Counted from the first letter of the stretch, positions 1 to 12,339 are shown. The stretch is 49,430 nt of DNA from Chiloscyllium plagiosum (GCF_004010195.1 NC_057718.1:45919240-45968669), one strand, 5' to 3'. Numbers and translations are program-made. The notes: generated from the sequence alone by a model not told the origin.

Positions 1-680
1 CAGGTTCATAGCTCCTTGAAAGTGGAGTCACAGGTGGATTGGATAGTGAAGAAGGTGTTTGGTATGCTTTCTTTTATTGGTCAGAGTATTGAGTACATGA
101 GTTGGGAGGTCATGTTGCGGCTGTACAGGACATTGGTTTGGCCACTGTTGGAATATTGCGTGCAATTCTGGTCTCCTTCCTATCGGAAAGATGTTGTGAA
201 ACTTGAAAGGGTTCAGAAAAGATTTACAAGGATTTTGCCAGGGTTGGAGGATTTGATCTAAAGGGAAGACTGAACAGGCTGGGGCTGTTTTCCCTGGAGA
301 GTCGGAGGCTGAGGGGCAAAATTATGAGGGGCATGGATAGGATAAATAAGCAAAGTCCTATCCCTGGGGTCAGGGAGTCCAGAACTAGAGGGCATAGGTT
401 TAGGGTGAGAGGGGAAAGATATAAAAGAGACCTAAGGGGAAACTTTTTCACGTAGAGGGTGGTACATGTATGGAATGAACTGCCAGAGGAAGTGGTGGAG
501 GCTGGTACAATTGCAACATTTAAGAGGCATTTCGATGGGTATATGAATAGGAAGGGTTTGGAGGGATATGGGCCGGGTGCTGTCAGGTGGGACTAGATTG
601 GGTTGGGATATCTGGTCAGCATGGACAGGTTGGACCGAAGCTTCTGTTTCCATGCTGTACATCTCTATGACTCTATAACT
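1..680 (+). mobile_element. CR1-clade LINE 3' end (ORF2 C-terminus + 3' UTR), continues upstream of the window
   Basis: ORF 16-261 contains LYRTLVWPLLEYCVQFWSP...LERVQKRFTR, typical of the CR1 ORF2 C-terminus; ends in a CTCTATGA-like short repeat tail. Confidence 0.92.
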
Positions 681-969
681 GATAACAGTTTCATGACACC
701 AATATGTAGACATATTTTCAGTCCCAGATTTATTAAAATAAGTTTAAATTCCAACAATTACCATGATGGGATTTTAACCAAAGCATTAGCCGGCATCTCA
801 CAATTATTATTCTATTTTGCATAATGACTGCACCATCTCCTTGATAATTGTGTAATCCTTTTATTTCTTTATACTATGTTTTTACTTCAATGGTTATCGA
901 TAGCTATGTTAGGAATGATGATTATTTACTTTATTTGTGCCACCATCACAAATGGTGACTTTTAAGGGG

Positions 970-1237
970 AGACAGTAATAATGCTATTAACCAGAGACCC
1001 AGTTATGGTAGATAACGAGGTATGGCAACTGGTGGAACGTAAATGCAATTAAGAAAATCTGAAATTGAAAGCTAGTATAAGTAATGATGATCAACAAACC
1101 ATCATCAATTGTAATAAAAACTTATTAGGTTCACTGATTCTCTAGAAGGAAATAAATCTGTTGACTTTACCTGGTTAAGTCTGTATATGACTCCAATTCC
1201 ACTGCATTGTGGGTGACTCTAACTATTCTCTAAGATG
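970..1237 (+). mobile_element. Old degraded SINE-like repeat, interrupted by the PLE composite (resumes at ~2793)
   Basis: GGTTCACTGATT...AAATCTG...TACCTGG...GACTCCA...GTGACTCT block resembles a common old elasmobranch SINE (from memory). Confidence 0.5.
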
Positions 1238-1513
1238 AGAAAGTGAGGTCTGCAGATGCTGGAGATCAGAGCTGGAAATGTGTTGCTGGAAAAGCGCAGC
1301 AGGTCAGGCAGCATCCAGGGAACAGGAGAATCGACGTTTCGGGCATAAGCCCTTCTTCAGGAATGGGGAAAGTTTGTCCAGCAGGCTAAGATAAAAGGTA
1401 GGGAGGAAGGACTTGGGGGAGGGGCGTCGGAAATGTGATAGGTGGAAAGAGGTCAAGGTGAGGGTGAAAGGTCAGACTGGGGTGGGGGCGGAGAGGGCGG
1501 GAAGAAGATTGCA

Positions 1514-2163
1514 AACTCCTCCTTGTGAACCTCAATCTTGTCTCGTCTGGTAGCCTGTATCTCAGTATTTACCTTGCCAACATTGTCTTTTTCTAGTGTG
1601 AATACTGATGAAAAATATTTTTTTAGCGCTTCCCCTATCTCCTCTGACTCCACGCACAACTTCCCACTACTATCCTTGATTGGCCCTAATCTTTCTGTAG
1701 TGATTCTTTTATTCCAGATATACCGATAGAAAGCCTTATGGTTTTCCTTGATCCTGTCTGCCAATGACTTGTCATATCTCCTCCTGGCTCCTCTTAACTG
1801 TTTCTTTAGGTGTTTCCTGATTAACCTGTAACTCTCAAGTGCCCTACCTGAGCCTTTATATCTCATCCTCCATAGGCCTTCTTCCTCTTGACTAGAGATT
1901 CACATTCTTTAGTAAACCAGGGCTCCCTTGCTTGACCACTTCCTCCCTGCCTGACAAGTACACATTTAACAAGGACCTGCAGTAGCTGTTTCTCGAATAA
2001 GCTCCACATTTCAATTGTGCCCATTCCCTGCAGTTCCCTTTCCCATCCTACGCATCCTAAATCTTGCCTTGCAACATAATTGCCTTTACCCCAGTTATAA
2101 TTCTTGCCCCGCGGTATATATCTATCCCTTTCCATCGCTAAAGTAAACATAGCCGAATTGTGG
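1514..2163 (-). mobile_element. Internal CR1/HER1 ORF2 fragment (endonuclease-RT linker)
   Basis: ORFs 1863-2186 and 1453-1866: NWGKGNY...EPWFTKE...IKENHKAFYRYI...GPIKDSSG...YFSSVFT. Confidence 0.9.
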
Positions 2164-2682
2164 TTAGGAAACCAACCTGCATGCACTGGACAAAAACTGA
2201 CCCATCTAAAGCACCCGGGGGAAGAAGATTGCAGGTTAGGAAGGCGGTGCTGGATTTGATGGATTTGACTGAGACAGGCTGGGGGGAGGGGGAATGAGGA
2301 AACTGGTGGAATCCGAGTTCATCCCTTGTGGTTGGAGGGTTCCTAGCCGGAAGATGAGGCGTTCTTCCTCCAACCGTGGTTTTGTTGTGGTCTGACGATG
2401 GAGGAGTCCAAAGACCTGCATATCCTTGGAGTGGGAGGGGGAATTGAAATGTTGAGCTACAGGGTGGTTGGGTTGGTTGGTCCGGGTGTCCCAGAGGAGT
2501 CAAATCCATCAAATTCAGCATCGCCTTCCTAACCTGAGATCTTCTTCCCGACCTCTCCGCCCCCACCCCAGTCTGATCTATCACCCTCACCTTGACCTCT
2601 TTCCACCTATCACATTTCCGATGCCCCTCTCCCAAGTCCCTCCTCCCTACCTTTTATCTTAGCCTGCTGGACAAACTTTCCC

Positions 2683-2722
2683 CATTCCTGAAGAAGGGCT
2701 TATGCCCGAAACGTCGATTCTC
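2683..2722 (+). ncRNA. Minimal type I hammerhead ribozyme motif (PLE family A); antisense copy at ~1328-1366
   Basis: CTGAAGA-A-GGGC TTAT GCCC-GAAAC-GTC: conserved core boxes, 4-bp stem II, palindromic ACGT helix III; helix I pairing is weak. Confidence 0.7.
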
Positions 2723-2945
2723 CTGTTCCCTGGATGCTGCCTGACCTGCTGCGCTTTTCCAGCAACACATTTCCAGCTTATTCTCTAAGATGGCCTGATA
2801 CAGCAAAGCAGTTTCCAATGCAACAACTGCTGACCTTACCATCAAAACCCACATCTCATCAAACAGAAATAAAATCTGCAACATATTATTTTATTTAAAA
2901 TAAGCTACTTAAGTTGATTTCAGAATCTTTCTAAGTTGTGCCAAG

Positions 2946-3162
2946 AGCTGTCATATTACCTGGAGATTAATGAACAAACGGGCTTTTTTTTAATGTTTTT
3001 TGACATATGAATGTAAGATATAGCATAAGATTCAAATTATTACAGCCCATAGTGAGAGTAAAAAATATGTCTGACTATTGTTTCCTTTTAATGTTTTGAT
3101 CCCAGTCTTATCTTTGTCAAGATATTTAGAATAGTGCAGGATATGGAAATCTTCAATGCAGC
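2946..3162 (+). repeat. ~210-bp diverged direct repeat, copy 1 (copy 2 at 5224-5424)
   Basis: Shared blocks CTGGAGATTAATGAACAAAC, ATTACAGCCCATAGTGAGAGTAAA, CAGGATATGGAAA.CTTCAATGCAGC. Confidence 0.9.
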
Positions 3163-4987
3163 CATTCAAGGCTGTCATTTATACATATCTTGTTCAATTG
3201 ACTAGCAGTGTCCTACAACATTGATGGTGATGATTCACATTCCCTCCGGTATCTTCCTGCAAGAAGAGTTCTGGAAAAAACTTTCAGAACATGGAAGTCT
3301 AAATTTTGATATCAATCTTGAAAATAATTTGGAAAGGATATAAGGAACGTGAGAGAGATATAGGGGATGTAATTGAAGCTTGGGGTAATGGTCATCTACA
3401 GGACAATGTGGATTTTGATCCGTGCTGCTCAGGAATGTAAGAGGGATGTTAAGTATTGTTCCAATGCAGAAGTAGTATTCAAGTATTAATCATGTGCAAA
3501 CTTTACCAAGTTGAAAAGTACTGAAGGGAGAGATGTAATTTGGTTTAAAACTGATAAAAACAGGCACTTTTCTAAGTGCAGTTTAATCAATGAAAAGAAT
3601 TGTGAAATCCAATGAAGGCAGAGTAGATGGTGAAGTCAAAATGCTAATAAATTAAGAAGACTAAGCCTAAATATAACATGAAATGTAAGTTACTAATTAG
3701 AATTATGAGAGATATGAAGATTAAAAAAGAATATAACATTTCACTACCCATTCAAAAACCAGAGAGAAATGAATGAATTCTTCAATAAGAAATAAATTCA
3801 ACCACTACACTAAAGCTGAATGTAGATTGCATGCACTCAGGGTATACAATCAAACAGAAATTAATACAGTTCAAATTATCACTAGTAGAATGATAAATGG
3901 AGAAAGAAGTTGATACAAAAGCGAAACAGAGTGGAAGAGAAGAAAAAAACAGTAGGCAACCTCTGAGTGAGCAGAAAATGTGTCCAAGGATGAGCTATCA
4001 CACACTGATTTAAAAGCAAAATAACATGGTGAGCAATTGATAGAACCATGGAATTGTAACAGCACAGAAAGAGGCCAGACACCTGCAATGTCTCTTGATC
4101 TTTGAAAATGCTACTTAGCTAGTTCTACTCTTCTTTCTTTTCTCATAGTTCAGTAAATCTTTTCTTTTTAGATAATTAATCAGTTGTGATAATTAAACCT
4201 GCCATCATGATACTCATAGGCACTGCAATTCAGATCACATTCTGTAAAAACGTTGTCCCTTGTGTTGCCTCCTGTTCTTTTGCCAACCATGTTAATTAGT
4301 GTCCTTTGATTATTCCTGTACTCGCTATGGAAACAGTTTTTCGCTATCTATTACAATAATGGGCAAACTCAAAGAAGAACGTGGTCAGAACCTTCACTCA
4401 CTGATGACAGTAGCTTACCACCAAGAGCTCATTCTCAATTTTGGGTTCACATTTCAGAATCTGTCCTAAACCAGGCAAGCCAAAGATGTAAGACATATGC
4501 CTATCTCACAAAGAAAACCTACAGAGATACCTTCAATTCTTCAACTTGCTGAATAAATAATTCTGGCCTTTTGGCAAACTATCATCATTTAGACAGTGCT
4601 GAAAGAAAGATGTATCATATGCATGTCTGAGGTAGTATCAACATATGTTCAAATCTCTCAAACAAGTGTTGCCAGTGGGAACTATTGACTGGAGATCTGG
4701 TGGAGAGTGGAAAGACAGTGAATTGCTAAGAGAGGAGCATCAGACAGACCAGGAGTTGAAAAGATGCACAAGGAGGATGTGTTTTGTAAATAAGAGTGAT
4801 GTCACAGGGATGGGGATCCAGCAGGAGGTGAATGCAACCTTGGCAAGTAAGACCAGATGAATATTTCGACTGTCCACTTTAATACTTCCAAATAGCAATT
4901 GGTCTTTAGTATAGATTAAGAATGTTTAAAGTACAGAAAATAAGGTAATGTCACTGGTGCATATAGTTTAATATTCCTTTAACTAAA

Positions 4988-5092
4988 AGAAGGATATGGG
5001 CTGGGTGCAGGTAGGTGGGACGAGACTGAGTTGTGATATTTGGTAGGCATGGACAGGTTGGACCGAAGGATCTGTTTCCATGCTGTACATCT
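4988..5092 (+). mobile_element. Short CR1 3' UTR fragment
   Basis: Aligns by eye to 565-665 (GCATGGACAGGTTGGACCGAAG...CATGCTGTACATCT). Confidence 0.85.
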
Positions 5093-5223
5093 TTAATAAA
5101 AAAGAAAGAGCGTAATTAAAGGCTAAGTCTTGGCAAGGCAATTTGACACAGTGGAATTCTCCCCCTTTGGACAGTCAGGAGCACATCCACTGTCCTGGTG
5201 GACCACATGCAAGAAATATCTCC

Positions 5224-5424
5224 AGCTGTTGTATTAGCTGGAGATTAATGAACAAACAGGTAAATTTTATGTTTCCTGGTATATGAATTTAGGATACTGC
5301 ATACGATTCAAAGCATTACAGCCCATAGTGAGAGTAAAGAGTGTCTGCCTATTGTTTCCTTTCAATGTTTTGATCTTTGTAAAGACTCTTGAATAGTACA
5401 GGATATGGAAACCTTCAATGCAGC
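5224..5424 (+). repeat. ~200-bp diverged direct repeat, copy 2
   Basis: See 2946-3162. Confidence 0.9.
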
Positions 5425-5569
5425 TCCTGGAAATCTGTACTTTGGAGTTCAAATGGTAGCTGGAGCCAGTTTGGAGTATCAGTAAGGCTGAGATCTTCAT
5501 GTGTAGCACATACAGTGAGCTGGTTGCACTGCACATAAAAATTGAACAGGCAAGCTGGGAGAAGGACCC

Positions 5570-6150
5570 AAGCTTCAGAGTGAAGGGATGACCATTTAGA
5601 ACTGAGATGAGGAGGAATTTTCTCAGCCAGAGTATGGCTAATCTTTGGCATTCATTGCCATAGAGGTTGTGGAATCCAAGTTATTGAGTGTCTTTAAGAC
5701 AGCGATAGATAGGTTCTTGATTTATAAAGGGATCCAGGGTTATGGAGAGAAGGCAGAAGAATGAGGTTGAGAAACACGGGGCGGCACGGTGGCACAGTGG
5801 TTAGCGCTGCTGCCTCACAGCGCCGGAGACCGGGGTTCAATTCCCGACTCAGGCGACTGACTGTGTGGAGTTTGCATGTTCTCCCTGTGTCTGCGTGGGT
5901 TTCCTCCGGGTGCTCCGGTTTCCTCCCACAGTCCAAAGATGTGCAGCTCAGGTGAATTGGCCATGCTAAATTGCCCGTAGTGTTAGGTAAGGGGTAAATG
6001 TAGGGATATGGGTGGGTTGCGCTTCGGCGGGTCGGTGTGGACTTGTTGGGCCGAAGGGCCTGTTTCCACACTGTGATGTAATCTAAACATATCAGCCATG
6101 ATTGAATGGTAGAACAGAATTGCTGGAGCAAATGGTCTAATTCAGCTCCT
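5570..6150 (+). mobile_element. CR1 3' end (second subfamily) interrupted by a SINE
   Basis: TTTAGAACTGAGATGAGGAGGAATTTT...GATAGATAGGTTCTTGATT...ATCAGCCATGATTGAATGG. Confidence 0.8.
5778..6084 (+). mobile_element. HE1-like tRNA-derived V-SINE
   Basis: A box TGGCACAGTGG, B box GGTTCAATTCC, V-domain TGTGTGGAGTTTGCATGTTCTCCC...GGGTTTCCTCCGGG; short TSD AAACA. Confidence 0.92.
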
Positions 6151-6159
6151 AAAACTGGG

Positions 6160-6935
6160 TCTTTTGGCCCAACTTATCCATGCCGACCAGGTTTCCTAAA
6201 CTGAACTAGTCTCATTTTCCTGCATTCAGCTCATATCCCTCTAAACCTTTCCTATTCATGTACCTATGTAAATGTCTTTTAAATGTTGCTATTGTACCCA
6301 CCTCTACCACTTCCTCTGGCAACTCATTCCATATATGTATCATCCTCTGTGGGAAAACCTGCCCCTCAGGTCCCTTTTAAATCATTCCTCACTCACCTTA
6401 AACCTATGTCCTCTAGCTTTGGACTCCTCTATCTTGGTGAAAACATCTTGGCTATTCAACATATCTATGCCCCTCATGATTTTATAAACCTGTATAAGGA
6501 ACCTCTCAGCCTCCTATAGTCCAGGGAAAAAAGTCCCAGCCTATCCAGCCTCTTTTTATAACTCAAACCCTCCTGTCTCGGTAAATCCCTATAAATCTTT
6601 TTTGCACCCTTTCCAATTTAATAACATCCTTCCTATAGCAGGACAATCATAATGATATGCAGTACTCCAAATGTGGCCATACCAATGTTTGTACAGCTGC
6701 AACATGATGTCCCAACTCCAGTACTCTGACCAATGAAGGCAAGCATGCCAAACGCTTTCTTCACCATCCTGTCTACCTGTGATGCCACTTTCAAGGAACT
6801 ATATACATGCATGCACCTCTAGATCTCTGATCAACAACACTCCCCAAGGCCCTGTGTGAGTCCTGCCCGGGTTTAGCTTACCAAACTGCAATACCTCGCA
6901 TTTATCTGAATTAAACGTCACCTGCAAGTCCTTGA
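6160..6935 (-). mobile_element. CR1 LINE 3' fragment, degraded
   Basis: Reverse complement similar to 1-650. Confidence 0.88.
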
Positions 6936-8142
6936 TTCATATGTCATGGGTGACTACCAGACAGAATAAAAGCACAAGGCAGGTAGTGCAGCATTCACCT
7001 TGGGCCATCTCCCTCTCAAACAGATTATTTTTGGAGTTGAGAGAGTAAGGGGTTCAATGGATGTAGTGAAGAAAAAACTTACATCTCGTATAACAGTACA
7101 GCATAATGAAATAAGTGAGAAGAGTCCTTAACCAAGATCATTGACATGAGATTTAGAGACTAAGTGAGCAAAGAGTGTCAGCTTCTTTCATTCAGACTGC
7201 TTCCATTTCTACAAAGATAGATAGAAAAGATGATTCATAGAAGTCATGAAAGATGATTTTGGGCAAGAAACCAGAAGGAATGGTTTCTGAATGCTCTGCT
7301 TCTTTTCAGTTCAGTTGCTTCTGCCAGCTGTAATATTAAATCAAAAAAGAGTAGGAATCAGAGATAAAGCTGGTTGTGATGCCAGGTGCAATAGGCTGAA
7401 TTCTTATGAGAAAAATCTGAACAGAGGCATGATTGAACCCAAACACAACAAAGGAAAGATAAAGTAAGAAACCTTTGATGCCAGCTAACTTTCTATCAGT
7501 TATTTTGCTGGCATATTTGGAAGGATCAGAAGAGCACAAACTGTATTTGGTTGATGAAGAATAAAATAATTCCATAGCTAACTCAAGAGTCTTGATTTTG
7601 CATAACATTCCTGCCTGCATAGAGCATTGCTGGGCATAAGCATAGAACAAAAAACTGGCTGCAGCAGTGTTTTGCAATCCAGGCTACGTTGCTGTGCATG
7701 CAAGTTTCATTTTACCTTCACACTTTAATAAGACGAGGCCATGCAAAATTATGTAAATTAACGGTAATTATGGGACTAGCAAATTTTAAATTCTGTCATC
7801 TGATTGCTGTACCCAAGATCTTTCATAGACTAAAATGAATTTTACAAAGGAAAATCGTGGACCTAAAATGGCTGCAGTAGTCACCTGATCACAGATTCAG
7901 GCACAGATTCGGGAACTTGTGCAATAAATGAGCTATCTTTCCTGAAATTATCATTTTTATTTAAAAACATCAAAGTCAGGCAGCTGAGTCAGCACCAAGA
8001 AATTCAGATCTATTTATTGAGAGGTGAAGGGCCTACCATCCAATTAGCTAGATTGAAAGGCAATTGAGTTAGACTCTAGAACATACACTGAACTATATTT
8101 CAACAGCTGCTTTTGAAGTGCACAGCAGAGAGAAGCGAAAAT

Positions 8143-8326
8143 CAAAGTTTGTGAGAAGATTTGTAGCTCGGGTGCTCATTGTTGTGGTTCTGTTCACCGA
8201 GCTGGGAATTTGTGTTGCAGACGTTTCATCCCCTGTGTAGGTGACATCCTCAGTGCTTAGGAGCCTCCTGTGAAGCGCTTCTGTGATGTTTCCTCCGGCA
8301 TTTATAGTGGTTTGTCTCTGCCACTT
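8143..8326 (-). mobile_element. PLE family B 3' terminus including tail
   Basis: Reverse complement of ~45130-45315. Confidence 0.88.
8217..8258 (-). ncRNA. Minimal hammerhead motif (PLE family B)
   Basis: Minus strand AAGCA-CTGAGGA-T-GTCACCT ACAC AGGGGAT-GAAAC-GTC-TGC; GCA/TGC helix I. Confidence 0.65.
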
Positions 8327-8589
8327 ACACTTGAGCTGGACTTGGCCATCATTTGCTGATGAGGAATTTCATAGAAAATCCCTGAACAACTAGTTGTTCA
8401 ATTGTTCGCCACTATGTGTTTCATGGAGGCGCTGATGTGATGGCACTGATAGTAAACAATTTGTTTGTACTGAAATGTGATATAATCTTGCAATAATTTG
8501 ATAACGTGAAAAGTGTTGATCTACCATCCAGGAGAGTGATGTCTTCAGGTTGTCGAGTGAATAACTGAAGAATACTGGTGAGAAAGTGA

Positions 8590-9322
8590 AGAGGTAAATG
8601 AGGGTAGGACTTAAACAGTTAATGGTATGGCCTTGGGGAGTATAGTCGAACAGAGGGACCTAGCGGTGCAGGTTCATAGTTTCTTGAAAGTGGCGTTGCA
8701 TGTAGACAAGGTGGTGAAGAAAGTGTTTGACATGTTTGTCTTTATTGGTCAGAACATTGAGTATGGGAGTTGGGGCGTCACATTACAGGTGTACAGGACA
8801 TTGGTTTGGCCACTTTTAGAATACTGTGTACAATTCTGATCGTCCTGCTATACGATTGATATTGTTAAACTCAAAAGGATACAGAAAACAATTTACAAGA
8901 ATGTTGCCATTCTTGAGGGTTTGACTTATATGGAGAGGCTGGATGGGCTGGGACATTTTTCCCTGAAGCATCAGAGGCTGAGGCCCAATAGAGGTTTACA
9001 AAATTATGGTGGGCATAGATAAGGTGAATAGCCAAGGCCTTTTTCCAAGGGTAGGGGAGTTGAAAACTAGAGGGCAGAGGTTTAAGGTGAGAGGGGAAAG
9101 ATTTAAAAGGGACCTATGAAGCAACCTTTTCACAGTGAGGGTGCATGGAATGAGCTGCCAGAGGAAGTGGGTACAATTACAATGTTTAGAAGACATTTGG
9201 ATATGTACATGAATAGGAAAGGTTTGAAGGGATATGGGCCAAATGCAGGCAAAGGGACTAGTTAAGTTCAGCAATCCTGGTTGGCATGAATAAGTTGGAT
9301 AGTCTATTTCTGTGCTGTATGA
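8590..9322 (+). mobile_element. CR1 LINE 3' fragment inside the PLE-bracketed cargo
   Basis: ORF 8627-8839 EQRDLAVQVHS...YRTLVWPLLEYCVQF; the 3' UTR resembles 300-660. Confidence 0.9.
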
Positions 9323-10901
9323 GACGCCGAGTTTTATCAGGGATTTGTCTTCAATTTAAAACTGCATTACAATTTCTCTTTCCTATCAGACATACATCAG
9401 ATGTGCACAATCTTAACTCAATTCTCAGAAGTTCTCCAAGCACAGAACTGAATAATTCACTTAACTGGTAGATAATCTAGTCGTTTACTGACTATGAATA
9501 ATATCACAATGATGCGGTGGTTTCGATACTCTACACATGTCACAGGTGACGAAGTATCTTATTAAGAAAAAGGATGTTTGCATTAGAAAAATTCCTGAGG
9601 ACGTGGCTTTCAAGGGTGTGTCCCACTGCAGGATATTCGAAAATATATCATGCCTGTGACAGAAAATTACAACATTTTGAGCCTGACTGCTAACAAGCTG
9701 ACCTCCAACTCTCCAATAATCCTGTCGGAAACTTCTCTTGACATCAAACAACATTCTGACCATTCGCTGAGAAGGCATAAGATTTACAAATATTTGTTTA
9801 GATTAGAGTCATAATCCAGGCTTCAGAGTAACTCTTGAATACATAAAACTCACAGATGTTGTTATCTGTTGTTGCCCAACTTGTCCTATAAATAGAGCAT
9901 ACTCTGCAATAAGGAAACAGTTCTGGAATACATATGATGTTTGAGCTAATGTACAGAGGTCACCTATTCTGTATCTAAAGCACCTGTAGACATTGATATT
10001 AAAGTGAAGGAGATTGGAAATAGGACAGGATCACTTGATCTAATAAATGCATTTCTCAATCCAACCTCTCCACAGTGCTCTCTCTCCTTTCTGTCTGAAT
10101 TAACAGACTCTTTGGGGAGGAAAGTTTATGTTGCATAATTAAAACATTGTAAAACAATTTCCACTTCACTAAAGCTCTGTATAGTGCAAGTTGGCACTCA
10201 GAGTATCTGTGGAATTCAGCACTTAGATTGCTTATAGAAGACAGCACTATACTACTTGGGTTTGTTACTGCAAGGCTTATAACAATAACACAGTGTCAGT
10301 CTTTTTAAATCAGTCAGAGAGTCTCTTGAACTGAGCACATTTTAGAGGCTTATGTTGAGTTGATTTAAATGTTTAGGACATGGGAGAATTGTACACTTGA
10401 TCTCCAACACTAAAATTTTGATGACTAGGATAGAACTCTTGCAGAAGGGACAAATCACAACTGATTGGAATTCCAATTGGAGATAAAAAAATTAAATCAG
10501 AAACTGTCTGGAATGGAACAATATCAGATGAGTTGCTATAGTATAAATGAACTGTTGAATTGATCATCTTAGCAATAGAATTTTTCAAAAATATAGAATT
10601 GCATGGAGAATTATAGAATGACACAGTCACATCATTGTTATAGTACAGAAAGAAACCACTTGGCCTGTTGTTTTTGCAAATAAGCAACACACCTGATGCC
10701 CATCCCATGCCTTCTCCCTGTAACTCTGCACTTTCTTTTTTTAGATCATAATTCAAATCCCCTATGAATGCCTCAATCAAAACTACCTCCAAAACAGGCT
10801 CAGGCAGTGCATTCCAAACTTTAATGCCTTGCTGCATGAAAACGTTTGTTAATTTCATTTCCCACTTTTCTCTAAAATCTTTTGGAAGTAATTCTGATCA
10901 A

Positions 10902-11193
10902 TGTTGTGGTTCTGTTCGCCGAACTGGGAATTTGTGTTGCAGATGTTTCGTCCCCTGTCTAGGTGACATCCTCAGTGCTTGGGAGCCTCCTGTGAAGCGC
11001 TTCTGTGATGTTTGTGATGTTTTTTATAGTGGTTTGTCTCTGCCGCTTCCGGTTGTCAGTTCCAGCTGTCCGTTGCAGTGGTTGGTATATTGGGTATATT
11101 GGGTTGGTATATGTGCTTCTTGATTGAATCTGTGGATGAGTGCCATGCCTCTAGGAATTCCCTGGCTGTTCTCTGTTTAGCTTGTCCTATAAT
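10902..11193 (-). mobile_element. PLE family B fragment (end of GIY-YIG region + terminal repeat lacking tail), with HHR motif
   Basis: Similar to 44347-44632; same orientation as 8143-8326. Confidence 0.88.
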
Positions 11194-12339
11194 AGAAGCG
11201 AAAATGTATTTGTGTCAACAAGACCTGGAACTCTCTCCCTTTCTCTACCTATCACTCTCCCTGTCTTTCTGATTATCTCAAACAATAGTAAAGAAATAAT
11301 CAACTATGGTCCTCACTTTTAAAATCAAACATCTCAGGACCCAAGAACTCATAAATTGCAAAGCTTTGTTTCCACCTCTCTGTATCACTCTTAAGTCTTA
11401 ATCTACCACCTATGTTTGATATCACTTTTAAAAATTTTCCTTGGTATTAAAAGATAATAAAATTCTTATTTCTTTCACAGAAGGAAATCATGTTAATTGG
11501 CTCTTTCACTTTCTCATGAACCGTGTTTAAATTGAAGTGTGAAAGCTGCATTCTTAAAATATATTTTTTAAAAGTATTGCGACAGACCATAAGGAGTTTT
11601 GAAAGGATGGTGGTGGGTGCTATAATTTGTTCTCCTCATCTGACCAGTATTTAAATATTTTAAGCTGCAGACCACAGCAAGTGACAGTCAGTCCTATCTA
11701 TGGTAACATGTCCTAATAACTGCATCACCAACTTCCCACACCAGCTCAATTCACACAGCTCTTTTACCTACCAACGATCTCCATCAATCAGGACTCAGAC
11801 CTAATGCTTATATACTTCAGTACACACTCACACACTTAGCACTTTTGTATATGCCTCAGATCCTCATCATATATTTTGTACACACTGCCAGCTACACCAT
11901 GAGAGCTACCTCAGCCAAAAACATTGAACTACACTCATCAACTTGTTTCCTCCCCATCGTGGAAAATGTGGCACAAAGCTGGAGAAGCAAAAGCAAAGCC
12001 AGAACGGGAAAGATGTACCTGCATGTCCTTATATCTATTGAGGAAGCAATATTGTTTGCCTATTTTTCTCAGTCACTCAATGGAGATGTTGATTCTTGTA
12101 GAGGTCTGGTACCATCGGTAATAGCAGTACAGTGTTTGAATTTCAGATCTACATTGAAATAGTACTACACTGAACAGTACCTTCATTCATTAGAAAAGAC
12201 AATCTGTTAAAAAGAATCTTGTATCCGTATGTATATAACATTTTTGCATTTTAAGATCCGATAGCTACCTTTGAAATGGTACCAGAAATTTGGAACGTCA
12301 GTTGAGTTGGGGGGATAAAAAAAGTTCTTTAGAACACAG

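Larger units (their letters stand above)
1238..2778. mobile_element. PLE family A composite: minus-strand 3' portion plus inverted terminal copy (2498-2778), with internal CR1 cargo
   Basis: 14-bp TSD TATTCTCTAAGATG at 1224-1237 and 2779-2792; ORF 2236-2421(-) RLEEERLIFRLGTLQPQGMN resembles a PLE GIY-YIG C-terminus; the arms are reverse complements. Confidence 0.88.

Noticed and set aside
1..680. Adjacent CR1 as the donor of the 1514-2163 cargo
   Set aside because: Orientation fits, but the relevant part lies outside the window and the subfamily may differ; untestable here.
5694..6131. Recurrent ORFs DCGRKPEHPEETHADTGR / RHGGTVVS...
   Set aside because: Incidental translations of HE1 SINE copies, not genes.
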